Shown here piece after piece: positions 28,962-38,483 of a DNA stretch of 64,000 nucleotides. The DNA comes from an uncultured cyanobacterium (GTDB lineage: Bacteria; Cyanobacteriota; Cyanobacteriia; Cyanobacteriales; Nostocaceae): contig CAVUDP010000002.1 in assembly GCA_963740315.1 (NCBI GenBank), forward strand, positions 3,520,001-3,584,000, given 5' to 3'. A program made the position numbers and the translations under genes. The notes beneath the pieces are model-generated. The model was not told the DNA's origin, did not search any database, and saw only the letters and a list, made by a program, of their open reading frames with translations. Positions within the stretch are counted from its first letter, which is position 1, and every line of letters starts with the position of its first letter.

Positions 28962-30251
28962 CTAGACTTCCAAAATCTCCTTACCATCTAAATAAGGTTG
29001 TAGCACCATAGGTACGTGTAAAGTACCATCGGGTTGTTGATAATTTTCTAAAATCGCTGCCATTGTCCGCCCTACTGCTAATCCAGAACCATTGAGGGTA
29101 TGCACAAAAGAGGTTCCTTTTTTACCAGTTTCTTTAAAGCGAATGTTACCCCTCCTCGCTTGAAAATCTCCACAGTTAGAACAACTAGAAATTTCGCGAT
29201 ACTTACCACTTGAGGGAAGCCAAACTTCTATATCATAAGTTTTTGTTGCCGAAAATCCTAAATCTCCGGTACATAACTCGACGATTCGGTAAGGCAACTG
29301 TAAAGCTTGTAAAATTGCTTGAGCGTCCCCCAGTAATTTTTCTAATTCGTCAAAAGAGGTTTCGGGATTAACTAATTTGACTAATTCAACTTTATTAAAT
29401 TGATGCAGACGAATTAACCCCCGCATATCGCGTCCGTAGCTTCCTGCTTCGCGGCGAAAACAAGGAGTGTAAGCACAGTGATATATCGGTAATTCTTCCG
29501 CACTGAGAATTTCACCACGGTAAAGATTAGTCAACGGAACTTCTGCTGTAGGGGAAAGCCATAAATCATCTTCGGCGCATTTAAAACCGTCTTCAGCAAA
29601 TTTAGGTAATTGTCCGGTAGCAGTCATTGATTCACTATTAACTAAAAATGGCGGCACAACTTCCACATAACCAGCTTTTACCTGAGTATTGAGCATAAAC
29701 CCAATTAAAGCTCTTTCCAATGCCGCACCAGCCCCAATCAAGGCAACAAAACGACTCTGAGCGACTTTTACTGCTCGTTCAAAGTTGAGAATACCTAACT
29801 TCTCACCCATTTCCCAATGGGGAAGAATATTTGAGTTTTGAGGTAGATACTCATCACCCCAACGCCGCACTTCTACATTATCTTCCTCACTCTTACCAAT
29901 GGGCGTAGAGTCGCTTGGTAAATTGGGAAGTGCAAGTACTCGTTGTTCGATTTCGGCTTTGATCTCTTTCTCAATCGGTTCAAATTCGCTTAATTTGGCT
30001 TTGAGAGAATTTCCTTCCTCTCGTAAATCTTTGATTTCTACATCACTAGGATTGATACCTGACTGAATTTTCTGTCCTACCAACTTCCCAATTTCGTTAC
30101 TACGGGCTTGAAGTTGACTTCGCTTCGTCTCTAATTCGCGTTGTCGTTGATTCAAGTCAACAATCGGCTGAATATCGGATTTATCCCCACGAGTTTTCAG
30201 CTTTTCTAAAATTAATTGCGGATTTTCTCTAATTTGCTTGATATCTAGCAC
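28962..30251 (-). CDS. serS: Serine--tRNA ligase
   Basis: [39 protein letters not shown]. Confidence 0.98.
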   Translation of the reverse strand: MLDIKQIRENPQLILEKLKTRGDKSDIQPIVDLNQRQRELETKRSQLQARSNEIGKLVGQKIQSGINPSDVEIKDLREEGNSLKAKLSEFEPIEKEIKAEIEQRVLALPNLPSDSTPIGKSEEDNVEVRRWGDEYLPQNSNILPHWEMGEKLGILNFERAVKVAQSRFVALIGAGAALERALIGFMLNTQVKAGYVEVVPPFLVNSESMTATGQLPKFAEDGFKCAEDDLWLSPTAEVPLTNLYRGEILSAEELPIYHCAYTPCFRREAGSYGRDMRGLIRLHQFNKVELVKLVNPETSFDELEKLLGDAQAILQALQLPYRIVELCTGDLGFSATKTYDIEVWLPSSGKYREISSCSNCGDFQARRGNIRFKETGKKGTSFVHTLNGSGLAVGRTMAAILENYQQPDGTLHVPMVLQPYLDGKEILEV

Positions 30252-30593
30252 AGATTCTCAGTTTAAGATTTAATATATTTGAGGCAATACACAAAGTTAT
30301 TGTAATGTTGCCTTGACTTCAGAGCAAAAAAATTTAAATCGGCGCTACATAAAAATTAACCCTAGCATTGAGAACAGGCTTGCTCCCGCTTCAAAAAAAG
30401 CCTTTACCAATATCTTGCAATTGTTCGGATGTTCGATTTTTCAATACATAGATCGTTTTTTAAAAAGCTTTATCAAAAAAAGAGATCAGAAAATTCCGGA
30501 TCGAGACAGCGAGGAAAAGTAAAAGTGAGCAAGAATCCTTCCTCCAAACTTCAAAATCCTCTTTTTAGCTTCCAAATCGTATCGCCTTCACAC

Positions 30594-31167
30594 TCACCGG
30601 GTGATACGATTTAACAACCAAATTGATGCTACAAGCCCTACAAAGTGGGCTGTAATTGTATTCGTATTTGCTTGAACTACAAACATATCTTGACCGCTAA
30701 TGATTCGATTGGGGTCGAATAGCTGGGTAGTCACAGCTTGAGGCGATACTGCCCTGACTACTAAAGAGCCTACAATTGCTTGCGCTCCTAATAGCGTCAA
30801 CAGCATTCCCACTAAATTGACTATCAAAGCTAGCTGTAAAGTTTTAACCGTCTCGATTTTGCGAGGACGGTTACTTGAGTTGGGAGATTGCAGTTGTCTG
30901 CCAATATTTTTGCAGCGAAATGCTAAATAAATGCTTATTCCTAAAGCGACCAGTCCGCAGATGGCTAAAAATACACCAAAGCCAGTTTCAGCGCTGCTAG
31001 AAGCAGTTCCTGGTCGGCGACCAAAGGTTACGAATACCAATAGCAGTAATGTGGAGACAACACCCAGCACCAGCTGCAATACAAAACTAATCCAACCTGT
31101 AATACGAAAATTTTGCCCGATAGAACGGACTTTGGAAGAAGACGGATTGTCGAGTCTGTTCTGACAT
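30594..31167 (-). CDS. DUF3611 family membrane protein; natural ATG at 31167 is one base out of frame
   Basis: GWISFVLQLVLGVVS and VVQANTNTITAHFVG; frame open back to a TAG at 31172-31170. Confidence 0.75.
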
Positions 31168-31427
31168 ATCTATAAAAAAAATTGATAGGCGCTCTTTTAC
31201 CAGATTATTGCATTGACTGCAATAAAAAAATGTAAGGCATACAAGGCAATAATTTTACTTTAAGTAGCGTCCATTCTTTACGTTACTTTTTGGCTCTGCG
31301 TAAAAGCCCGCTGGCTGTTGCTTAGAAACTCCCTGTTTCACTTGCTAAATATAAGTCAAATTACTTACAGGATAATCTTCGTAAAAAAAGTATTTGTTAA
31401 GTTTTGCAAAAAAGCTACAATTTACCT

Positions 31428-31582
31428 TTAAAATTGCTAAGGTGCCATTTTATGCTTAAGCAGTCCTTTACGGCTTAGCATCACTTGACACACTGTTAGT
31501 GATTCTTATCGCTCTCAACCAACTCCTCACAGCACTAGTTTTCGAGTTTATGTAGGGGTGCGGTCTGCTGCACCCTACTTTT
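31428..31582 (+). ncRNA. Candidate sRNA upstream of pex
   Basis: TTGTTA-N16-TACAAT upstream, 5' hairpin, ACTCCTCAC motif, terminator GTAGGGGTGCGG..CTGCACCCTAC-TTTT. Confidence 0.45.
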
Positions 31583-31653
31583 GGTGTGCCAGTACCGCGA
31601 GTAACAATCGTGGATTTTAATGTAGTGTTTACGATGCAGGCAAATCAGCCTAA

Positions 31654-31695
31654 GTAACGTTATATACTTACAATTGCTGGGGTAACACTATATAC
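31654..31695 (+). promoter_or_regulatory. Two GTA-N8-TAC sites (NtcA-type or Pex operator) upstream of pex
   Basis: GTAACGTTATATAC at 31654 and GTAACACTATATAC at 31682. Confidence 0.5.
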
Positions 31696-31751
31696 TCTCT
31701 ATAGAAATTACAGGCTCAACATTAAGGCATTTTTTTAGCCATTCACTTACT

Positions 31752-32102
31752 ATGAAACTTGAGGATATATATCAATTCTTTGAGAATCCTCCGCCAACCT
31801 ACCTCTGTCAGGAACTAGCTGTTTGTTATATCTTGTCTGTTTTGCAACAAGGGGAATCTTACGGCACCGAGTTGATCCAAAAACTGGAGTCCGAATATCC
31901 AACTTATCGGCTTTCGGATACCGTGCTTTATAGCGCAATTAAGTTTCTTGAAGACCAGAAAGCAATTACTGGATACTGGAAGAAGCTTGAAGGACGCGGT
32001 CGTCCCCGGCGGATGTACCAAGTTTCCCCTGAATGGCAAACTCAAGCTCAAGATTTAGCTCGTCTTTGGCACGAATACATTAAGCGGAGAACATTGGAGT
32101 AA
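31752..32102 (+). CDS. pex: PadR-family circadian period extender Pex
   Basis: EDIYQFFENPPPTYL, SYGTELIQ, LSDTVLYSA, GRGRPRRMY. Confidence 0.88.
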   Translation: MKLEDIYQFFENPPPTYLCQELAVCYILSVLQQGESYGTELIQKLESEYPTYRLSDTVLYSAIKFLEDQKAITGYWKKLEGRGRPRRMYQVSPEWQTQAQDLARLWHEYIKRRTLE

Positions 32103-32164
32103 ATAGGGCAATTTAGCTAATAATAATGGTAATTGTTGTTTCTAATTGCACTTATTAATTTGTT

Positions 32165-32686
32165 ATGGATACTGCTATTCTGCCATCCACCTTGTTGCTA
32201 ACTTTATTAATGTCGGTCGGATTAGTTTTCTTTATTAAGGCTTCTACCAAAGACCGTATTGAAAAAGCACAACTGGTATCCCAACTTCCGGAAGCTTCTT
32301 TAATGCCTCAATTAAAGGAGTATTTTCGGGCGCGGTCTTATCGAGTGGCAGCGGTAGACGCGCAAAACAATCAAGTAACTATGACTGGCTTTGTTAAACC
32401 CAGCTGGTTTTTAGCCATATTTTTGACTGTTCTTGCCGCTGTTGGTTTTATGAGCCTATCTTTAGTTATTTCTCTGCTTTTTTCTAGTCAAAGTATGCTT
32501 TTTTACGGGATAGTCTTGCTATCCCCCTTAAGCGGTATTTTTTATTGGAAAAAAGCGGGAAGAGTCGAAAATGTGTCGCTGACGGTTGAAAATACCGACA
32601 GCGAACAAGATACTAAAATTATTGTAATTGCCCATAGAGATGAAATTATCTCTTTAGAAGAGGCATTACATTTAAAAAGGGTGTAA
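32165..32686 (+). CDS. Cofactor assembly of complex C subunit B (CCB1-like, DUF3529)
   Basis: STLLLTLLMSVGLVFFIKASTKDR, FYWKKAGRVE, AHRDE. Confidence 0.85.
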   Translation: MDTAILPSTLLLTLLMSVGLVFFIKASTKDRIEKAQLVSQLPEASLMPQLKEYFRARSYRVAAVDAQNNQVTMTGFVKPSWFLAIFLTVLAAVGFMSLSLVISLLFSSQSMLFYGIVLLSPLSGIFYWKKAGRVENVSLTVENTDSEQDTKIIVIAHRDEIISLEEALHLKRV

Positions 32687-33475
32687 TTTCTGATTCGACT
32701 CGCATCTAAATGTTTCTTTCAAGGCATAAGTTTTTATTGCCTTGAGTGAAATAAAGATTTCTATATGAGTCTAAACATCCTCAGAATTTAAACTTTGCCA
32801 GGTCATTCGTTGACTTATAGCGTAGCTAAAGCCTGCTTGGATTTAAACCACTTGTTATATAAGGGTTTTATTCCGCCCAGATTAGTTGATTTTAGCTGCT
32901 TTATTTTCGGATTTTAAGATGGCTGCGAAACACAATTGGGAATCGCTGTTAGAGCAATTGCGGACGGAATGGAAAATAGTTAGTTTTTAAATGACTTTAA
33001 TCCAGGAACTAACTAAAAACCTGTATTTTAAGACAAATGTCAGATTTAGAAAGGGTAATCCGAATAAGCGTACTACTATAGTGTTTGAATTTCTCTAAGT
33101 ACAGCAACTAATGGGGCTAAACTCGGTAAATTCACGCTACTTGTAGCTCTGCTGAACCCTTACACCCAGGGTCAACCCAAAAGAGTGCATATCGCTATCC
33201 TAATCGAATCAAATAGGAATGCTCTTAAATAGTTGACTAAACTGTCTCTAAAAAATAATTAATCCTCATGCTAACGAATAAACCATACAAAAATTAAACT
33301 TGTATGGAGCTAACCTTCTTACAAAAGCTGCTTTATCGAACCGATTTTACTGGCAAATAATTTCAAAACTTTAAAAAAACATAAACATTTCAAAAAAACG
33401 CATCATTTTGCCAGTTAATAGATGATTGTCCAAAGCCACACTCAATGCTTAAGACAAATAATCCGCAATGCCCGT

Positions 33476-33796
33476 TTATCGAGCAGCTGCTACGGCTAAT
33501 GCTTCCGGAATTGAAGAAGGTTCCATTGTTCTTAAACTCGGAAACAGAAAATGATTTTCTTCTACGTACTGAGCGCCAAACAGACCTTTTTCAGCCCAAA
33601 AATAACGGTCTGTAGTATGCTCGTTACGTTTTACTAGCAACAAAGCAGGTGGAAGTATACCTTCAGCTTGAATGTACTTTCTAGCTGCTGTCACAGGTTT
33701 ATCTTCACCACTTTCGATGCTATATTGAGGCACGTGTTCTAGAATACGTCGTCCTTCCTGACGGCGACGGCTTTTACGCTTCCTTCTCCTTGCCAA
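33476..33796 (-). CDS. DUF3155 domain protein
   Basis: RRRKRKSRRRQEGRRIL, RNEHTTDRYFWAEKGLFGAQY; TTG start after GGAGG. Confidence 0.85.
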   Translation of the reverse strand: MARRRKRKSRRRQEGRRILEHVPQYSIESGEDKPVTAARKYIQAEGILPPALLLVKRNEHTTDRYFWAEKGLFGAQYVEENHFLFPSLRTMEPSSIPEALAVAAAR

Positions 33797-33827
33797 AATA
33801 TTTTCCTCCTCTTGTTAGCTCCAGATT

Positions 33828-33883
33828 GTAGTTATAGCTACAAAATCCGAGCCAATTATAAAAGTTTTAATCAAAAAAATCAA
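33828..33883 (-). promoter_or_regulatory. Promoter TTGATT-N17-TATAAT for the DUF3155 gene with an NtcA-type palindrome just downstream
   Basis: TGTAGTTATAGCTACA at 33827-33842; -10 at 33860-33855; -35 at 33883-33878. Confidence 0.6.
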
Positions 33884-34073
33884 TGGGTTTTAACTATTTG
33901 AAACTAGAAAAAATTATTTCATTGTAAATAAATAGAAAGTATTGAGTAATATAATGCAATTAATCAATTATTACGACTCAAAATTAGTTAAGCTTTGTAA
34001 AAAGGGTGATGTCTACCCTTGGTTGTTTTAGAATTTCAGTTTTTGTACAATCGCGAGCCAGAAGAATCCGTTT

Positions 34074-35369
34074 ATGATCGTTTCTGCCAGTTCAGAGTTT
34101 GTTGCTCTGTGCCGAGAACAATTGGCACTACTAGCTACAGGGTTAGGAGCATCTTTGAGCGTTGTATATTTAACGCAAGAATTGGCAGAGGTACCACAGA
34201 CGGGGGAAGCCAACTTAATTCCTGTGGCAATTTATCCAGATACAGCGGTAGTAGGACTTGAGCATCAGTTAGCTTTACCGTCTGTTAATCGCTATTTATT
34301 AAGTTCCTCATCAATTAGTTCGCATAATGATTATGTAGCAAATCAAGCTCAAGAAAACAATCAAGAATACTTGATGGACGGCGACCAAATTGTTTTACCA
34401 TTAATTCACGACTCGGTGATGATGGGGTTATTAGTAACTGGTAGAGAAGATCGTAGTTGGAAGGAAAGCGAGCGCACTCAAATCGAGCGTATAGCTCAAA
34501 GTTTAGCGATCGCTTGCATTATGGATCGGCGACGTGCTTGGTTGGCAAGCCAGCTGCATCAACATCAAATCATGCAAGAAAAGCAGTTGGATTTGATGGA
34601 TAATTTATTACATCAATTTCGCAATCCGCTAACGGCTTTACGAACGTTTGGCAAACTGCTAACAAAGCGATTGCGATCGAAAGATGCAAATCGAGAAGCT
34701 GCTTTATCTATTGTTAGGGAAAGCGATAGACTTAAAGAATTATTACAAAAGTTTGACGAAGCAATTGATTTGACTCCAGAAGATTTACTTCCATCAAAAT
34801 TATCCGCAAAAAATCAAGTAGAAGTAGAAGCAACTGTAGAAGAATATAAACCTTTATTATTATTAAATGGCACAGAACAACTTGTTGATTTTAATTTAAA
34901 TGAGGTATTGCAGCCGTTATTAATATCAGCCAAAGCAATAGCACAAGAGCGTTCTCTACAACTAGTAGTTAAAGTCGATCGCAATTTACCCTTGGTACGA
35001 GGTAATACCAAAGCATTACGAGAAGTATTAAGTAATATTATTGATAATGCTTTGAAGTATACGAAAGCAGGCGGTAAAATTTTAGTTGAAACGATCGAAG
35101 ATAAAGTTAATTATTTGGCAATTGCTATTAGCGATAACGGACCGGGAATTCCCCAACAAGATTTAGAACGTCTTGGAGAAAGAGGTTATCGAGGCGTACA
35201 GGCTGAAACTAAAATTCCCGGTTCCGGATTGGGATTAGCTATAGCCAAACAGTTGGTAGAACAAATGCAGGGCGAAATAGAAGTTTTCAGCCCTGCGACT
35301 CGTTTTGCTATTTATACACCTGATACCCAAGGAACTACGTTTATTGTTCGCTTACCGTCCGTAAACTGA
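34074..35369 (+). CDS. hik2: GAF sensor histidine kinase Hik2 (chloroplast sensor kinase homolog)
   Basis: ASSEFVALCREQ N-terminus, LLHQFRNPLTALRTFGKLL, NALKYT, GSGLGL. Confidence 0.85.
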   Translation: MIVSASSEFVALCREQLALLATGLGASLSVVYLTQELAEVPQTGEANLIPVAIYPDTAVVGLEHQLALPSVNRYLLSSSSISSHNDYVANQAQENNQEYLMDGDQIVLPLIHDSVMMGLLVTGREDRSWKESERTQIERIAQSLAIACIMDRRRAWLASQLHQHQIMQEKQLDLMDNLLHQFRNPLTALRTFGKLLTKRLRSKDANREAALSIVRESDRLKELLQKFDEAIDLTPEDLLPSKLSAKNQVEVEATVEEYKPLLLLNGTEQLVDFNLNEVLQPLLISAKAIAQERSLQLVVKVDRNLPLVRGNTKALREVLSNIIDNALKYTKAGGKILVETIEDKVNYLAIAISDNGPGIPQQDLERLGERGYRGVQAETKIPGSGLGLAIAKQLVEQMQGEIEVFSPATRFAIYTPDTQGTTFIVRLPSVN

Positions 35370-35538
35370 AGGTTAAAGGTCAAAGGTCAAAGGTTAAAGG
35401 TTAAAAATAAGGTAGGAGTTAGGAGTTAGAAGTACTTCGACAAGCTCAGTAACCTTTAGGAATTAAGAATTAGTAGTTTAATTTTCTCCTTGTCCCCTTG
35501 TCCCCTTGTCCCCTTGTCCCCCCATCTCCTTATTCTCT

Positions 35539-36774
35539 TTATCGTAATGAAACGTTGAAGCTTTCACCGATGGTCATTTCTAAATCGGTATTTGGATCGA
35601 TAACAATCAAGTCAACACTCTTCTTATTGAAGAAGATACCAGTTATTGCACCGATCGCCGCACCACCTAAAACTTCCTCGGTTGCTACAGCGCGATCGCC
35701 AGTGACGGCAGCGACAGCAGCAGCAGCACCAGCACCTAATGCGGTGTTCTTGATGATACCTTGTGTACTGGTACCTTTTTTAACGGTTTCAGTTTTGGTA
35801 ATTACTCCAGAAGTTGCAGTGATATTATATTCTTTTCCATTAGGCAACATCAGTTTTTGAGCAACGAACTGAGAACCACCATTCACAGGTTGAAGTTTAC
35901 CCTCAACGCTAGATCCTGCGGGAATTACTAGAATTTCGGTATCGGTAATTACGTTTTGCGAGATAGTTAAAGTCAAAGGTGCTGTTTCATCCTTGGTGAC
36001 AAGAATTTTCTTAGCTTTGTCGTATCTAACGGGAAGCACAGTTCCTCGGGGGATGGTAATATCCTTCGCTATTGGAGTACCGATATCCACGATGTAAGAC
36101 GAGTCGATCGCGGTGGCTTGATTGGTGCTAACTAAAGCTTGGTAAATATAAGCCGCTACATCTGCACGGGTTGCAATTCCTTTGGGATTGAGGAATTTAG
36201 TATTGGGATAGTTAACTACCAATCGCTTTTCTGTCGCTGCGGCGATAGGGCTGCGAGCATAATCAGAGATGTTATAGGCATCGTTGTAATATCCCAGCGT
36301 GGCTTGAGGATTATTAGCAACATAGTCTAAACCGTTGGAAAGAGAAACCAACACCTGCTCGCGAGGAATATTCTGAGTAGGGCGGAAAACTCTACCGGGA
36401 TATCCAGATAAGAAACCAGTGGTGTAAGCCTCTTGAATCGCACTGTAAGCCCAATAGTTAGATGAAACATCAACAAAGTTAATTGCCTGTCTTTCTTGAC
36501 GTTTGTTGAAAGCTTTGCGAACCATCGCAGCATATTGAGAGCGCGTTACTGGTGCATCAGGGCGGAAGCTACCATCGGGGAATCCGGCGATAACTCCTCG
36601 CTGTGCTAATTCTTTAATAAAACTTGCTGCCCAATAGTTAGATGAAACATCATAAAAACCATTAGTTTGAGCGAAGGATGGTGCGGGTGCTACTAATGGC
36701 GCTACAGCACTTGCTGTAATACCCAAAGCCATGAATGCAGCACATTTTGATTTCCAACGATTTAGGTTAGACAT
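35539..36774 (-). CDS. S-layer homology (SLH) domain protein
   Basis: Signal peptide, SLH repeats (FYDVSSNYWA, GFPDGSFRPD), glycine-zipper C-terminus. Confidence 0.9.
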   Translation of the reverse strand: MSNLNRWKSKCAAFMALGITASAVAPLVAPAPSFAQTNGFYDVSSNYWAASFIKELAQRGVIAGFPDGSFRPDAPVTRSQYAAMVRKAFNKRQERQAINFVDVSSNYWAYSAIQEAYTTGFLSGYPGRVFRPTQNIPREQVLVSLSNGLDYVANNPQATLGYYNDAYNISDYARSPIAAATEKRLVVNYPNTKFLNPKGIATRADVAAYIYQALVSTNQATAIDSSYIVDIGTPIAKDITIPRGTVLPVRYDKAKKILVTKDETAPLTLTISQNVITDTEILVIPAGSSVEGKLQPVNGGSQFVAQKLMLPNGKEYNITATSGVITKTETVKKGTSTQGIIKNTALGAGAAAAVAAVTGDRAVATEEVLGGAAIGAITGIFFNKKSVDLIVIDPNTDLEMTIGESFNVSLR

Positions 36775-37479
36775 TGAATCTTTCTCCCCAACAATTCAGT
36801 TTAATTCTGTTAATTATTTTGACAATATCTCGGTCTAAAAGTTCCGAGTGTTTTTAATGTTTAGAGTTTAATCTAGACAGATAAAACTAAGTTTATATTA
36901 CTAATAGACTTCGCTTTATAAAGACTATTAGCATTTAATTTACTCAGACGCGCAGTTGATAGAATAGTTGCCTTAATTCCACATATTTTACGTGTTTGCT
37001 ATATATGCATGTTTAAAATGAGGCTAGCTATATTAAGTAGCCTTAAAGAGTTAATCAGTTATTTATCAAGGCTTATATCTATCAGCGACATCTCAAGCCA
37101 TGTATCGCTTTATCCAGTTTAACCATGCTGCCACCCAAACGTCTATAACAAACAGACTTACAGCTAGATTAGTTTTTAATTGATAAGATGTCAGCTTGAA
37201 CAGCCCTGCGATAATTACTACAATACGTTCGTTTATAGTCTTTATACTTCTTTTTATACAGCTAGTCGATTTGAATATCGGGACTACTTGAAAAGAATTT
37301 ACTACACCCGAAGTTATACCACCGGAGTTAGGAGTTAGGAGTTAGGAGTTATAAGTAGATTATCTCCTTGTCTCCTGCGGCTCATCTCCAAAAAAAATCA
37401 AACCACCGTACACTTAAGCGTTTGAAGTGACGATGGCTTTAGATAAAAGTTAGACGAAAATTATGCCGCTAAATTAATT

Positions 37480-38145
37480 TTAGAAGCGGGATAATAATAA
37501 ATTAGAACGCAAAGTCACATCTAAATCGTTTGCAGGGTTGATAACTACAACTTCTACCGATCTGCGATTTAATAAGATACTTGCTAAAGCACCCGCAGCA
37601 GCACCAGCGATCGGTTCTAAAGTTTCAATTTTACGGTTTCCTGTTAACAGTGAAATTACGGTTGCAGCAGCCGTACCGTAAGCAGCATCTGTCAAAATTT
37701 TACTCGTACTAGAACCTTTTTTAATTGTTTCTTTTGTGGTAACTACCGCCGAAGTTGCATCGATACTCTGCTTTCTACCATCGGGAAAAACTAACTCTCG
37801 TGCGACGAATCGAGAACCTTTTTCACCTCTGAAAGTTGCTGGTTCCAATTGTCCCACAAGTTCGCTGCCGCGAGGAATTAATATGTTTCTGTTGCTATCA
37901 ATAATATTGGTTGCAACTGTTAAAGTTAAGTCCGAAGTTTCATCGGGTGTAACAACAACTTTCTCTTTGTCAAAAGTAACGGGAAGTCTCACCCCTGAAG
38001 GTATGGAAATCCCTCTCGATCTTTGTCCGAAAATAGCTTGTGCGGTAGCGGGGGTTGATACTAATATAGGAGCAGCCGCAGCAGTTGTAATGCTCAGTGC
38101 TAAAAATGCGGCGGTTCCAGATTTCCAACGATGAAAGCCTGTCAT
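37480..38145 (-). CDS. Secreted paralog of the SLH protein C-terminal domain
   Basis: Same RWKS signal start and IPxG/KKG/VVINP segments as 35539..36774 but no SLH repeats. Confidence 0.8.
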   Translation of the reverse strand: MTGFHRWKSGTAAFLALSITTAAAAPILVSTPATAQAIFGQRSRGISIPSGVRLPVTFDKEKVVVTPDETSDLTLTVATNIIDSNRNILIPRGSELVGQLEPATFRGEKGSRFVARELVFPDGRKQSIDATSAVVTTKETIKKGSSTSKILTDAAYGTAAATVISLLTGNRKIETLEPIAGAAAGALASILLNRRSVEVVVINPANDLDVTLRSNLLLSRF

Positions 38146-38483
38146 AAGAGAATTCCTTTAGTCTTGAGACTGTATGTTATGACGGGAAGATAATAATATT
38201 GTTTCTAAATTGTTTCTAGAAAATTATTAAGTTAGGCATAGGGCATAGAACATTGAGCGTTGGGAATTGCCAAATCATTCTATAGATTATTTTGTATCTT
38301 TCTGTAGATATAATTTAGAGTATTAAACGTGAATGATGACGCTAATTTTTTTACATTGTTCCTATATTTTTATGTAGCATTTTTTAGTTTTTTTAATTCT
38401 ATTAAGAAACCCGGCTTTTTTTAAACCAGGTTTCTCAATGGTGGAAATTTTTCTAGACAATGCATCAAAAATGCATCAAACCT

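Noticed and set aside
28683..28991. ORFs 28683..28958 and 28785..28991
   Set aside because: Repeat-derived open frames
31520..31535. Calling the pex-upstream RNA Yfr1
   Set aside because: Motif is ACTCCTCACAG rather than ACTCCTCACAC, and the usual guaB-trxA context is absent; kept only as an unnamed candidate
9716..35369. Circadian/redox gene cluster (CikA-like, pex, hik2)
   Set aside because: Genes are separated by many unrelated core genes; no operon link
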